Of a DNA stretch of 59,882 nt, positions 1-10,942 are shown piece by piece (position 1 is the stretch's first letter; each line of letters starts with the position of its first letter). The notes under the pieces are model-generated. The model searched no databases. It saw only the letters and a program-made list of their open reading frames with translations, and was not told the DNA's origin. Source of the DNA: a virus (taxonomy: Duplodnaviria > Caudoviricetes). The stretch is taken from the IMG/VR virus record IMGVR_UViG_3300026519_000015, positions 1-59,882 of that record; one strand, written 5' to 3'. Made by a program: the position numbers and the translations under genes.

Positions 1-3000
1 TGGGTCCAGCCCCAATCCGGGGTCCGTTTTTCGGTACCCGTCATCAGGGTCTTGAGCGCATTCTGATACAGCTTCTCCGCTTCCTCAATCGTAGGGATAC
101 GACGCATCGCTTCCGTGACTAATCGAGGATTCAGGTACGGATTAAATTCTCCGGGGGCAGACCGGCCACGTGAATACAACTCTGATAACTCCGGGAAAAT
201 ATGGAACCAACCATCATCCCGGAACCAGGACCGCAACTCCGGAGACGCTACCTTAAACTCCTCCAGCATCTGGATGACCCCGAAATATGACCCCAGGGAT
301 TCCCGCATATTCGGATATTGCTCAAGAAATTGGGTCATCTTATTCGTGTTATACGGCATCTCCTGGATCGCATACACCATCTTACGGGCTACATCCGGAA
401 CCAGGCTGCCTTTAGAATCCAGGAGATCCGTGCCCTTAAGGGTGACTTTGAACATATCCTTGAGCATCGAAGCCGTAGTGTAGGCCAGGTCTACTCCGGC
501 TTCCTGCTGATGCACCATATCGCGCCAAATATTCTCACCCTTAACCACTAACTCTTGGAGTGACGCAGGGAATCGGGACCGCACCCAACGGTCTAACGCT
601 CCTAACAGCCCCTTAGCGGTATCCCGCACTGGTAACGCAGTTGTGGCTGCTAACTCTGAAGCCGCACGCTCACGACTCAAGATCCTTAAGGCACGACCCA
701 ATTGCTCCGGGATATAACCCCACCGACTCGATATCCCGTCAATCAAACTCTGGGTATCCAGGCTACTCGGGTCATACTTTATCTCTTGAACCCGTTTACG
801 CGCCGGCATCGCCATATCCAGATAATCATCCGTCAAGGACCACATTTCTTCCAACAACAAACCGGTCCGATCCTCCGGGCTCATACCACGCCAAATCTCT
901 GTAGCCTCTGCGAACGGGTCCCCGATATCGACAGGGCTACCGTCAGTAGGGATGAGGGGCGGAGGCGGAGCATTCGGGTCAAGAGTGCTGGTTAGGTGCT
1001 GGTTCCCGTCTACATCATCCAACAACCCCAGGAGCCTGGCGGTTAACCTGGTCTTAATCGTAGACTTCTGCAATAACTGCTCAGAACCCTTAAGAGCCTC
1101 TTGCTCCGTAGCACCCGTAGCGGTTAACCTCGCACCCTCAACCTCCGCAAGGTCAGACCCCAGAATCGTAGCCCGGTCCCTAAGACCCGGTAACTGCTCC
1201 TGGAGCTTTTGTTCCCTGGTCTTAAGTAATTCAATACGACGCTGTAATCGGTCAACAGTTCTGTCCCAACTATCCCGCATCGCCTGGCTACGCGCCAACC
1301 AGGCATCACGCTCAAGACCGGGGAGCCGAGTGTCAATATCACTAATCGCTTCCTTGCCAGCCTTAATCTTCTCCTGCAGCCATTTCTGATACCGCAATGC
1401 TTTCTGATAAGCACGCTCCTCTGGAGTAATCTTTGGTTTCCCCTTAACCGCAACACCCTTCGGAGGATTCGATAACAACTTCTTATGAGCCGCTTCCGCA
1501 TTCCGCAACACCTTACGAGCATGCTCAATCTTCTTCTGACCCTTACCCGCCTCCGCAGCCTTTAGACGCTCACGAGCCTTATTGACCCGATCCTCAGACC
1601 TCTTTACACGGTCGGTATACTTGGTATACCTCGACTTCGCTTGCTCTTTAGCCTTGGTATACTTCGCCTTTTTAACCTCTTTTTGGGCTTTATCAGCTCT
1701 TTTCTTGAGTTCCGGGAGAACTTCGTTCCTTAATTTAGTATGTTTATCCGACAGTTCTGTTATCCGCTTCTCAGTACGCTTCCGGACACTTAAAGCCTTA
1801 TTGTGCTCTTTAACTGCTTCAGTACCACGACCGAACTTCTTGATATCCCACTCAGTATCCGGGGACTGGGTCGCCATCTTGCTCGCACGTTTCTCAAGCT
1901 CCGGTATCTTCCGTTGCGTGCGTTTTAGCTCCCTTGACGCCGCCCCGAACGCCTTAGTCGCGTTCTCATACGCATTCTGTTTCGCTTGCACAAGGACCTG
2001 ATACAAAGCATCCGGGTCCTTACTCATCGAGTGCAACAACATCCGCACCGTTTTGGATGACTCAAACCCAATACGATCCGGGAACTGACTGAAATTCAAA
2101 CGGTTCTGAACTACCGAATCCAGAGCTTCATCAAAATGCTTAACCGCAGCATCCCATAATTCCGGGACCTCGGAACCCCGGAATTCTTGTAACGGATCCA
2201 ACACTACCCGCTCAGGTAACTCACTACCCAGGGAATCCAGGACTTCGGCATGCCGCTCTAACCGATTCCCCACATGCTCAAATACATCCGCGGTCTTGAG
2301 GTAATCGTCAGACTTCTGGTAAGGCTCCGTCATCTGCATCTGGGTAAGCTGATTCTTACCCCCCAGGAACGTTTCTTTCGCTTTTCGGTAATCCTGAAAC
2401 TCCTCAGGAGTAATATCCAGATCCCGCAACTTCTGGTGCTGCTCAGCACGTAACTGGTTCAAATACTTCTGGATCTTCTTGATTGCCTTACCGTCAGGAC
2501 CACCCTCAACAATATCCTCCGGAGTAATATCTAGCTGCTTCAGGAGTTCGGCATCCTGACTTAACGCATCCACTCCCAGGTCCTTACGGGGATGCGCCAC
2601 ATCACGAGCACGATTGATTGTTTGCTGTGTTTTATCAATCAGCTCTGCAGATGCCGTCAGGGCACGATCCGCTTCCCGAAGACCAGGCTTCTGCTGCACC
2701 TTCTGAGATAAATCCTTACCAACCTGGATTACCTGCTGCTGCAACCGCTTGATATCCGCAAGATACTTCTGAACCCCGGTTCGATACATCTGGGCAGTCT
2801 TTCGGAAATTCCCCGCGTACTCCAACAACTCTTTCCGGGTATTCCGTAACGCAGATGCCCGCTGTAACTGCTGCAATAACTTAAACGATTCTTTCATTTT
2901 GGACAAAATACGCCCCGAGAAAGTAACCGCTTCCGGGTCAGCATTCGGAAACGCCGATACCATCAATTCATCAAACTTATTTAGCCATTTGGTTACGGCA

Positions 3001-5144
3001 GGCGCGGCTTTCGCCATCCAGGGCATATTCTTTAAGTTATCTCTAGTAATCGACTCAACAACACTGAGCCGCACATCCCCCATTTCCGCACCTGCAGCTA
3101 ACGCCGCTTTCGTCTTCTCCAGCCAATTAGACTCTTTTAACTTAACTCCCGCAGCACCTAACCCCATCGGGATCGCCATCCCGACTAACCAACCCGCGAA
3201 CCCGGCCACTAACCCTTTCGCCACAGCCTCTACCGGACTGGCACCAGCATACAGTTCGTGCCCGGCCGTGACTGCTGCTGCGTCTACTGCCCCCAGGGAA
3301 GCATAGACCGACATCGCCTCAACAGTGCTCTCCGCAAACGCCTTAGCCTCCAGCTCCGTAGCACCACGCCCGATAGCCTGCTGCTTAAACATCTCCGTGA
3401 ACTTCGGCTTCAAACCAGACTTCACCAAAACCGCATCCCCCGGGGCCCCCAGGGCTTCCTTAGCGCCCACAGCACCCGGCTTCGATAACAACCCGGCCTC
3501 CGGACCCAATAACGCCATCAGGGTTGTGGTACCAGCCAACATCGGGATCTCCATAGCCAAGCCGGCCACATTACCCATAGTTGCCCGCTTAGCATTCTCC
3601 CACGACCACTCTTTCTTCTTACCTAACGGATCCGTTACAGTCGCTTTCGCCCAACCCCAAAAGTCAAAATCCTCAATATCACCTTCCCCAGAACCCCGGC
3701 GGTCAGTCTGGATCTGCGCGAACTCCGGATCCCACCAATCCGTAGGAGCCATTGACATCGCAAGACTCCTCCAGGGCACCAGACCCCAAACCTTACTTAA
3801 CCCCTTAGCACCCATCGAGATCGCAGGGTCCAGAGGTGTGGCATAATCCTCTTTATTCCCAGTCAGGGGGTCCGCGTGAATCCCTATCTCCGGAATCCCC
3901 ATACCCGGCATCAACCCGGGAACAAAGCCGGCGGACTCCGAACGGTCACGCATAGCCTTAATGTTCTCCATCCGGGTTCCCGCCACATCACCCACAGCAG
4001 CCTGCTCTAATTGCTTCTCGATACCCGCACCCAGCAGGAAAACACCGGACGTCAACCCCCGCACGTAAGCCCGAGTACCCTCTTTTATATCCTGACCCTG
4101 GATCTCCATCGGAGACATGCCGGTCCGTAACGCCTTCTCCTCCAGCGCCTCCTCAGTACCCGGAACAATAAACGGCATCCAATCCTGGATATCTTTCCGG
4201 ATCCGAGCACGCTGACTCGCCTCTATAGGACCCCGGGTCCTGGCAATCGGCCCCACATTCTTCTTAAAATCAACCGCAACCTCGGACCCCGACACTTTTG
4301 GGTTGACATAATCCCGGGGAGCCGCGATCCACTTCATCGCTTCATCGTTCGTCACCCCCAAGATCCCCGCTACATACGGTAACGTTTGGGCATACCAGGT
4401 TGTGGGATCGTCAGACGGCGGATACTGACCGTTAGCTTCCGCATACTCTACCGCCTGACCACCCCCGTTATACGCAGCTAACGCCTTAGCCCAAGACCCA
4501 TCATACTTATCCAGAAGCCCGCGCAGGTGCTCCAGGGAGATATCGATCTGTACATACGGGTCCTCAATATAATCCTTAGCCTCAATACCACGTTTCTGAA
4601 GGTACGGGGCTAACGTCCCGGGCATCATCTGCCCAATCCCCAGGGCCCCCGCAGAAGAGGTCTTGATAGAACCATCCGGGTTATACGGCTCCATCCCACT
4701 CTCTTGCATCAATAACTTCGAATAAATCTCAGCATCACGATCATTAAAACCATGCGCCCTCGCTAACTTCGGTACCATATACCGAATCGACACATCACGA
4801 GGCTCCTCAGGACGACTCGGAACAGACGGCGCAGTCTCACGATACGACTCCGGGATATCCTGCTGATACGCCGGCGCGAACAACTCCTCCGGGTAAGCAT
4901 CATCCTCTATCACAGGAGGATCCGAAACACCCACAGTCTCCTCAGGAACCGGAGGATCCGGAGTATCTAGCATATTGACCGGAGAAACCTCGTCTATAGG
5001 AGACGGAATCTCGATAGGAGTAGGGGTTAATGCCGGGCCAGACTCCAAAGTATCCAGGGGTGGGATACCACGCTCCTGACGATCTTTCTCAAGAGCATCA
5101 CGCAACCAATCCATGTTCCCCGGGTCTTGAGGTGCACCCGCCAT
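1..5144 (-). CDS. Giant internal virion/ejection protein with N-terminal lytic transglycosylase (SLT) domain, 5' part; continues across the contig join (~2,523 aa in total)
   Basis: ATG at 5144 overlaps the upstream TAA; the translation contains LMQESG, SSAGALGIGQMMPGT and ALAAYNGG (~4370-4790); in frame with MRRIPTIEE at nt 107 = 59862; absent from the ORF track because no stop lies before the window edge. Confidence 0.85.
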   Translation of the reverse strand, partial: MAGAPQDPGNMDWLRDALEKDRQERGIPPLDTLESGPALTPTPIEIPSPIDEVSPVNMLDTPDPPVPEETVGVSDPPVIEDDAYPEELFAPAYQQDIPESYRETAPSVPSRPEEPRDVSIRYMVPKLARAHGFNDRDAEIYSKLLMQESGMEPYNPDGSIKTSSAGALGIGQMMPGTLAPYLQKRGIEAKDYIEDPYVQIDISLEHLRGLLDKYDGSWAKALAAYNGGGQAVEYAEANGQYPPSDDPTTWYAQTLPYVAGILGVTNDEAMKWIAAPRDYVNPKVSGSEVAVDFKKNVGPIARTRGPIEASQRARIRKDIQDWMPFIVPGTEEALEEKALRTGMSPMEIQGQDIKEGTRAYVRGLTSGVFLLGAGIEKQLEQAAVGDVAGTRMENIKAMRDRSESAGFVPGLMPGMGIPEIGIHADPLTGNKEDYATPLDPAISMGAKGLSKVWGLVPWRSLAMSMAPTDWWDPEFAQIQTDRRGSGEGDIEDFDFWGWAKATVTDPLGKKKEWSWENAKRATMGNVAGLAMEIPMLAGTTTLMALLGPEAGLLSKPGAVGAKEALGAPGDAVLVKSGLKPKFTEMFKQQAIGRGATELEAKAFAESTVEAMSVYASLGAVDAAAVTAGHELYAGASPVEAVAKGLVAGFAGWLVGMAIPMGLGAAGVKLKESNWLEKTKAALAAGAEMGDVRLSVVESITRDNLKNMPWMAKAAPAVTKWLNKFDELMVSAFPNADPEAVTFSGRILSKMKESFKLLQQLQRASALRNTRKELLEYAGNFRKTAQMYRTGVQKYLADIKRLQQQVIQVGKDLSQKVQQKPGLREADRALTASAELIDKTQQTINRARDVAHPRKDLGVDALSQDAELLKQLDITPEDIVEGGPDGKAIKKIQKYLNQLRAEQHQKLRDLDITPEEFQDYRKAKETFLGGKNQLTQMQMTEPYQKSDDYLKTADVFEHVGNRLERHAEVLDSLGSELPERVVLDPLQEFRGSEVPELWDAAVKHFDEALDSVVQNRLNFSQFPDRIGFESSKTVRMLLHSMSKDPDALYQVLVQAKQNAYENATKAFGAASRELKRTQRKIPELEKRASKMATQSPDTEWDIKKFGRGTEAVKEHNKALSVRKRTEKRITELSDKHTKLRNEVLPELKKRADKAQKEVKKAKYTKAKEQAKSRYTKYTDRVKRSEDRVNKARERLKAAEAGKGQKKIEHARKVLRNAEAAHKKLLSNPPKGVAVKGKPKITPEERAYQKALRYQKWLQEKIKAGKEAISDIDTRLPGLERDAWLARSQAMRDSWDRTVDRLQRRIELLKTREQKLQEQLPGLRDRATILGSDLAEVEGARLTATGATEQEALKGSEQLLQKSTIKTRLTARLLGLLDDVDGNQHLTSTLDPNAPPPPLIPTDGSPVDIGDPFAEATEIWRGMSPEDRTGLLLEEMWSLTDDYLDMAMPARKRVQEIKYDPSSLDTQSLIDGISSRWGYIPEQLGRALRILSRERAASELAATTALPVRDTAKGLLGALDRWVRSRFPASLQELVVKGENIWRDMVHQQEAGVDLAYTTASMLKDMFKVTLKGTDLLDSKGSLVPDVARKMVYAIQEMPYNTNKMTQFLEQYPNMRESLGSYFGVIQMLEEFKVASPELRSWFRDDGWFHIFPELSELYSRGRSAPGEFNPYLNPRLVTEAMRRIPTIEEAEKLYQNALKTLMTGTEKRTPDWGWT
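2..127. repeat. Terminal direct repeat (126 bp), identical to 59757-59882; circular-assembly overlap
   Basis: gggtccagcccc...gtgactaatcgag is read at both ends; only nt 1 (t) differs from 59756 (c); a reading frame continues across the join. Confidence 0.95.
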
Positions 5145-7525
5145 TACTTACTACGACCCTTCCCCAGAGTCTGCTCCCGGTGCCTGAGGTACGCAGTAAC
5201 TACCTGTTCGGCTTCCGCATCCGTAAACACACCAGGATGCTTCGACGTCAGCGCACGCTTGATCGTTTCCCTATCCGTAACCCCCGGGAACTGACTCATA
5301 AACCTGTTCATCGTACTCACAACTTTTAACCTATCCTGCTTCGAAATACCACTGCTATCAACAGGTTTAGCCGGCGCGGTCGCGGTAGCCGGTGTCGGCG
5401 CTGCCCCCGGAGGTATCCGGTCTACCTTCCGGACATACGTATCACTACGGTCACCAGGGGATTCCGCAGTTCCACCACCGCCGCCAGCGCTACCCGCAGC
5501 ACCCGAAACACTATAGTCTAACCCAATATTCTTCCGAAGGTCATTCACTACCCTACGGGCTGCAGCCTTACGAGTATCATCAAAACCACCACGATACCCC
5601 GGGTCATACACGAGGAACTTCCCGAGGTCATCAATTACCTGCTGGGGATTCTGGGTACGGGAAATCGCTACCGCAGCCTCCGCGTTAGCCCGGTCCAGTT
5701 GGCCCACAAGACCGGGAACATACTCGTTCTCAGGAGTATTGGGGTCATCCTCAACACCCCACAGCCGAACCCGTAACCGCTCCTTATGCTGAGCTGCCAT
5801 CCGGGCCCGCTCCAACGCTCTCTTGTAAGTCGGGTTATCCGCATACTCCGGAGGCAACTCCCCTCCGCCCACAAGCACATTGTCCAGCAAAACCCCAATA
5901 GGAGACAAGATCTTGTCCGCATCACGCAGAATCTCATCCGCACGATCTATCTCTCTATATGTGGTCTCAACCTGAGTCGCATACCCCATCGCTAACGCAG
6001 TCGCGTTCTTAGCAGATTTATCCCGGAATACTTGCGCATTATCCAGTAACTTCACATAATTCGTCTGCTCATCAACTGCTAACCGCCGCCACTTGAGAGC
6101 CCGGTCCTCATCACCCTTATCAATCTCCCACAACGCCTTGGCAGCTTCCGCCCAGTTCTTCTTAATCTCAGAAGGCGCTTTCTCCGCCGCCGTCTGGGCC
6201 CGGGATAAACCCGCCTGCGCATTGATCTTCTGCACCTCAAACGTCGCCATACGCTCCTGATGCGCCCGAATAGCAGCATCAGCTGTAACTTTATTGTCAT
6301 GCCACTGCTTCGCCATACCCCAGTGATACGCTTGAGTACTCTTCGGTAACCGGATAAACTGCTCCCAATACGGCCGAAACTCTTCCGCATTCTCAGCATA
6401 CTTCTCAGGATCCTGATTCATCACATACAACATCGTAGTGATCCCCATATCCATATCCGCAGGGTCAATCGCACCTAACCCATACATCGCTTCCTTGCGA
6501 ATCTGGTCCGCCTCACCCTGGTCTACCGCCATCTGGAGCATATCTACAGCCTGAGGAGTCCTGCCCTCCCGAAGGTCCATCGCTACCCGTAACCCCGCAG
6601 CGTGCTGCAACTGACGCTGATACAACCTGTTGACCTTCGGACCCACCAACTGCACCGTCTGGTTAACCCTCTTTGTCTCCTCCGGACTCAATACCGGCAT
6701 CGGTAGCGACATCTGAGGACCTTTGGCTCGTAAATCCGGACGCTCCACACCAACAGCAGGATCCAGATACGGCTTCCCGTCAGGTCCCAACACCACAGCA
6801 TCCGGGGACACATCGATCTGCTTCGCAGCCTGGGCCCTGATATCAATCTTCCGAGGCTCCGGAGGACTCACGACTTCCTGCGGTTGGTATATCAGAGGCT
6901 CCCCCTGGTCATAAGTAGGGTCCTGCTTAACCTCCGCAGCTACCTGGGCACTCACATCACGTGGTATCGGTAAATCCTGCTCAGCAGCACTCCCAGGAGC
7001 CGCAGGCGGTATCTCACCAAACACCGGAGGTTTCTCTGCACCCGGGACTACAGAAGCCTCTTGAGGCGTCTCTTGAGGCATCTCTTGCGGCACTGCTGCA
7101 GGCTCAAGACCACGAATCTGGTCTGTAGACTCATATAACCCCCGCTGCTCTTCCCACATACGCGCACGCGCAAGGTCCGCAGGATCAATCATATCCGGAA
7201 GCTTCGCAATACTATCCCGCCACTCCGGGAACTGTGTCGCTGCAGCCTCATCTAGTTTACGACGCTCCTCAGAACCTGGCTGCGTTTTCGCCCTATACTC
7301 CTGATACCCTAACCAGGAATTCACCTTATTCGACTGCGCTAATGCCGCAAGATACTCCTCATTCGGGTCCCCAAACATAAGACCCTTAACATCCTTAGCA
7401 GCACTCGCAATACTCGGGATCGCCCCCAGGAAAGCACCCCAAAACCCCTGACGCTGTTGCTGCACCGTTTGAGGGTAAATGACTTGAGGACGCTGTGCGG
7501 TAAATTGCGGAGGCTGTAACGGCAT
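5144..7525 (-). CDS. Putative internal virion (DNA ejection) protein, 793 aa
   Basis: Helical, Q/A/E-rich; amphipathic GFWGAFLGAIPSIASAA near the N-terminus; directly upstream of the SLT giant, as in podovirus ejectosome gene order. Confidence 0.55.
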   Translation of the reverse strand: MPLQPPQFTAQRPQVIYPQTVQQQRQGFWGAFLGAIPSIASAAKDVKGLMFGDPNEEYLAALAQSNKVNSWLGYQEYRAKTQPGSEERRKLDEAAATQFPEWRDSIAKLPDMIDPADLARARMWEEQRGLYESTDQIRGLEPAAVPQEMPQETPQEASVVPGAEKPPVFGEIPPAAPGSAAEQDLPIPRDVSAQVAAEVKQDPTYDQGEPLIYQPQEVVSPPEPRKIDIRAQAAKQIDVSPDAVVLGPDGKPYLDPAVGVERPDLRAKGPQMSLPMPVLSPEETKRVNQTVQLVGPKVNRLYQRQLQHAAGLRVAMDLREGRTPQAVDMLQMAVDQGEADQIRKEAMYGLGAIDPADMDMGITTMLYVMNQDPEKYAENAEEFRPYWEQFIRLPKSTQAYHWGMAKQWHDNKVTADAAIRAHQERMATFEVQKINAQAGLSRAQTAAEKAPSEIKKNWAEAAKALWEIDKGDEDRALKWRRLAVDEQTNYVKLLDNAQVFRDKSAKNATALAMGYATQVETTYREIDRADEILRDADKILSPIGVLLDNVLVGGGELPPEYADNPTYKRALERARMAAQHKERLRVRLWGVEDDPNTPENEYVPGLVGQLDRANAEAAVAISRTQNPQQVIDDLGKFLVYDPGYRGGFDDTRKAAARRVVNDLRKNIGLDYSVSGAAGSAGGGGGTAESPGDRSDTYVRKVDRIPPGAAPTPATATAPAKPVDSSGISKQDRLKVVSTMNRFMSQFPGVTDRETIKRALTSKHPGVFTDAEAEQVVTAYLRHREQTLGKGRSK

Positions 7526-7528
7526 GAT

Positions 7529-8899
7529 TTATACTCCAAATCCCCAGGCATACGGATTAGTATAAGGTGCTGCGAATCCACCCTGGGGCACATACGCTAC
7601 CGGACCCATAAACGGGGGCGGAACATACATCATAGCACCCCCGGCCGGAGGCTGCATTACCTCACCCATCCCCGGAACCATACTGCCCGCCTCCATCTCC
7701 TGACGCGCATTCCGATCTAGATTGTTCCGGGTCTTATCATCCTGACCCGCCCCGGATTGCTGCGGTTGCTGGATACCGGGGGAAGGCCGGCGCTGAGGCT
7801 GCTGACCTCCCGGGACCGCACCCGACATCCCTACCTGGTTCATACCCCACCCCATCAGGGGAGCCCAGTTCCCGGTTCCAAAACCCATACCAAGCCCAAG
7901 CCCCATCCCGAGCAAGTCCCCAAGCCCGAATCCGCCCCCGCCACCCTGCACTACAGTCGTGGGGGACTGCATCACAGTCGGGGATACCGGCTGAAACATA
8001 GGATTACCTAACATTGACTGCTCCCTACCTTGCGTCTTTAACGGTGCCTCCCGAGGTATCGCACTCGGTATACGCAACATCATATTACGCACAAAACTCG
8101 GGTCTATCGGGTAACTGTTACCCGGAGTACCCGGAGCACCACCACCCCAATACGGCATATCTCGAAAACCTTTATCACGCACGTCACGTTGCATCAACTG
8201 ATCCGCAAACAACAACGTATACGGATTCGCTATCCGGTTCTGAGGACTCTCTAGAACACTCCCGCGCCAGGAATCAAGCGCATTATTCAGATACTGAACC
8301 CGGGTAGATAGGGTCTCGGCTTTCTGCTCATCCGTATAGTATTCCCGTAACCTGTCCGGCAACGTGCCCGGATCCCCCTTGAGTAACTGCGAGACCTCAC
8401 CATACTCCTGAGCATACCGGGAAAACTGCTCCTTAAGTAACGGGTCCATATCCGGGATATCTGCCCGACGCTGCCATTCCTCTTTATTCTGCAACGCTTC
8501 CTGACTCAAATACGTATACAAATCCTTGAGTAACCGAGACCGCTCCCCATGACCCTCTGCAGGAATATCGCCCTTCCGAATCCGGTCTATCGCTTCATTA
8601 AAATACCGCTCCCGGAGAATAGCATCCTGAATCTTCTTCCCCTTAATCTCTTGCTGACCCCCAGGAGACTGGACATGACGTGCCTGCTCCGTAGCCTTCC
8701 GGCTTAACTGCTCCTCGTTCGCAGCCTGCTGTCTAGACTGCTGGACCTCCGGCTGCTTCCCAGACCACGTACGACCCTCAGTCAAAATAGGGGGATGCAC
8801 ACCACCCTTTACAAGCGGATCCCAGTACTCACGCTTATAAATCTCCCAGAAATTCCCAATTATCGGAACCTTACCCAGTCCAGAACGCTCCTCAGGCAT
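7529..8899 (-). CDS. Putative internal virion protein, 456 aa
   Basis: Gly/Met-rich hydrophobic stretch GFGLGDLLGMGLGLGMGFG; operon position. Confidence 0.5.
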   Translation of the reverse strand: MPEERSGLGKVPIIGNFWEIYKREYWDPLVKGGVHPPILTEGRTWSGKQPEVQQSRQQAANEEQLSRKATEQARHVQSPGGQQEIKGKKIQDAILRERYFNEAIDRIRKGDIPAEGHGERSRLLKDLYTYLSQEALQNKEEWQRRADIPDMDPLLKEQFSRYAQEYGEVSQLLKGDPGTLPDRLREYYTDEQKAETLSTRVQYLNNALDSWRGSVLESPQNRIANPYTLLFADQLMQRDVRDKGFRDMPYWGGGAPGTPGNSYPIDPSFVRNMMLRIPSAIPREAPLKTQGREQSMLGNPMFQPVSPTVMQSPTTVVQGGGGGFGLGDLLGMGLGLGMGFGTGNWAPLMGWGMNQVGMSGAVPGGQQPQRRPSPGIQQPQQSGAGQDDKTRNNLDRNARQEMEAGSMVPGMGEVMQPPAGGAMMYVPPPFMGPVAYVPQGGFAAPYTNPYAWGFGV

Positions 8900-8904
8900 C
8901 GAAA

Positions 8905-9054
8905 CTACTCCCCTTTACTAAATAAACGCGCTACCTTCAAGGCTTCCTTACGAGTACCACACACCGCGACTAACCGGCCCTCAGGATTCCGGACATACCA
9001 CACATTCTGATCCAGAATCTTCCCCTTCTCCTTACTCACAACGTACTTCTCCAT
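8905..9054 (-). CDS. Small basic protein, 49 aa (MEKYVVSKEKGK...GTRKEALKVARLFSKGE)
   Basis: Fills the gap; TGATG coupling with the upstream gene; below the ORF-track cutoff. Confidence 0.6.
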   Translation of the reverse strand: MEKYVVSKEKGKILDQNVWYVRNPEGRLVAVCGTRKEALKVARLFSKGE

Positions 9055-9731
9055 CACGACTTCCCTCCAGTCTGGGTCACAACATTCGTAGGCGCCACTA
9101 CCGGGTTCGACCCCAACATCGCCAACGGGAACTGAAAATCCCCGAACATCGCATTCTGACCTAACGAATACAAACCCTCAGACATACCCTGACCCGCCTG
9201 ATACGCCTGAATCGGGAACCCAAATGTAAACGGCATCGCCTGTGCCGCAATCTGCTGCCGCTGAGTACCCATCTGACCCGCCATCTGGTTCAATTGCTGA
9301 TTATACTGATTCGTAGCCTCAAACAACGCCGGCGCCAAAGAACCGTGGGACGCCGAATTCTCAAACATACCCTCAATACGATTGCTCGTATCCGCTAACT
9401 GACGCGCACCCAGCATCGCAGTAGACCCCAAATACGCCTGCTCCATAGGAGTCATGCCCGGAGAATACAACGCCTGCTGAAAACCCGACGCCTGCGGAGT
9501 AGCCTGCGACGCCCAATTGGCCTGATTCATCGCATTCCCGATACCATACGTAAACGGGTTCGCAAACAACGGAGGTAAAAAGTTATTCGCATACTCGGGA
9601 CCAGGACCCGGGGGCGGTCCGATCAACCCCCACTGGTCCACAGCAAAAGGATGCTGATCACCAGGATTTAAACCCTGCTGCTGTGGTTGCCCCTGACCAT
9701 ACGCCGGCTGTAAGGTTTGGTCAAATCTCAT
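9054..9731 (-). CDS. Q/G/M-rich putative virion/pilot protein
   Basis: Low-complexity composition typical of ejection proteins; stop/start coupled on both sides. Confidence 0.5.
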   Translation of the reverse strand: MRFDQTLQPAYGQGQPQQQGLNPGDQHPFAVDQWGLIGPPPGPGPEYANNFLPPLFANPFTYGIGNAMNQANWASQATPQASGFQQALYSPGMTPMEQAYLGSTAMLGARQLADTSNRIEGMFENSASHGSLAPALFEATNQYNQQLNQMAGQMGTQRQQIAAQAMPFTFGFPIQAYQAGQGMSEGLYSLGQNAMFGDFQFPLAMLGSNPVVAPTNVVTQTGGKS

Positions 9732-10414
9732 CAGGACGCACCCCCTGTTGGTTGAAACGGATTATACTGCTGGGCACCCGACATAAACGCATTCCAGTAA
9801 CTATACGGATCCTGCTGAAATGCGTTGATATTATTCGGCATAGAAGTATATCCCGCGGCACTTGAAGGCTGGGGACCAGCCTGCTGGGACGCAATAGACC
9901 ACATGTCAAACAAACTCTGCAAATCCTGAGGGTTCGGATTCTGAGAACCCTGAGAACCACCAGACCCCTGAGAACCACCAGAACCCTGATTACCCGAAGA
10001 CGGCACCACACTCGGATTACCACCAGAACCCTGAGAACCCTCACCTGGACGAATCGTACCGCCGAACGCCTGCGCCGTAGGAGCAGCACCCATCGGTAAC
10101 ATCCCAAAACCCGGAAGAACACCACCACTAACACCAAAACCTAACGGGTTCTGCAGAAAATTCCCCAAATACCCAATACCACCAACCGGATACTGGGGGA
10201 TCGCTCCCGGAACATAGCGAGGACTATAATCCGGAACAGTGCCAAAACCACGGAAAAAATCCACAGAACGCCACGGGGAACTATACCACGGACTCTGAGC
10301 ATATAACCGCCACTGAGCAGCAGAATTCATCATATCCTGGTTCGGAACAGACGGTAACGAACCCGGGATCTGCTGCACATCAGTACTCTGACCACCACCA
10401 AACAAATCACCCAT
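9731..10414 (-). CDS. G/S/Q-rich putative virion protein
   Basis: N-terminus MGDLFGGGQST resembles small podovirus core proteins; contains GSGGSQ repeats. Confidence 0.5.
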   Translation of the reverse strand: MGDLFGGGQSTDVQQIPGSLPSVPNQDMMNSAAQWRLYAQSPWYSSPWRSVDFFRGFGTVPDYSPRYVPGAIPQYPVGGIGYLGNFLQNPLGFGVSGGVLPGFGMLPMGAAPTAQAFGGTIRPGEGSQGSGGNPSVVPSSGNQGSGGSQGSGGSQGSQNPNPQDLQSLFDMWSIASQQAGPQPSSAAGYTSMPNNINAFQQDPYSYWNAFMSGAQQYNPFQPTGGAS

Positions 10415-10416
10415 AG

Positions 10417-10938
10417 CTACAATACCTTCCCAATCCCAACATACGTCGCCTTACCCCCAAACTGCCGCTCCATAGCCTCAATATTCCCATCCACCCTAAC
10501 ATTACCATAGATCCAAACCGCAGGAAACGGCTTCGCCTCACGAGCCCAATCCTCCACATTCCTAACCAGCTCGCGACCCACAACCCACGGCACACGGGCA
10601 CGGCCACACGGCGCAGAAATCGACGGCGCCACAAACATACTGTGCACAAAGCAATGCACCAATGGCTTAGAACCCGGGGGCGACGCTAAATCCGGGGGAT
10701 TCGTCAGCATCGCAAAACAATACCCCACAGGATGACTGCGCCACCAGGCTAACCATAACCCCACATTCGGCACCATAAGGCTATGCAGGAAATAACCCCG
10801 CATCGATTCCTCAGTAACCCCCAGGACAGGACCCACACTACCACCACGAACCTTACGACGCTTACTCTCCCAACTGGCCTGCACCGCCAACAGGGACCGC
10901 ACATCTACCCAATCCTCCAGCACTACCTGCCGGACCAA
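10417..10938 (-). CDS. GNAT-fold acetyltransferase-like protein (start uncertain: 10938, 10980 or 11013)
   Basis: VGYCFAML...HCFVHSMFVAP...VGRELVRNVEDWARE matches the GNAT motif A pattern; usual position after the nozzle gene in podoviruses. Confidence 0.6.
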   Translation of the reverse strand: MVRQVVLEDWVDVRSLLAVQASWESKRRKVRGGSVGPVLGVTEESMRGYFLHSLMVPNVGLWLAWWRSHPVGYCFAMLTNPPDLASPPGSKPLVHCFVHSMFVAPSISAPCGRARVPWVVGRELVRNVEDWAREAKPFPAVWIYGNVRVDGNIEAMERQFGGKATYVGIGKVL

Positions 10939-10942
10939 TACC

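Noticed and set aside
2-127. Biological direct terminal repeat
   Set aside because: It lies inside a coding sequence and has k-mer-like length; best explained as assembler overlap
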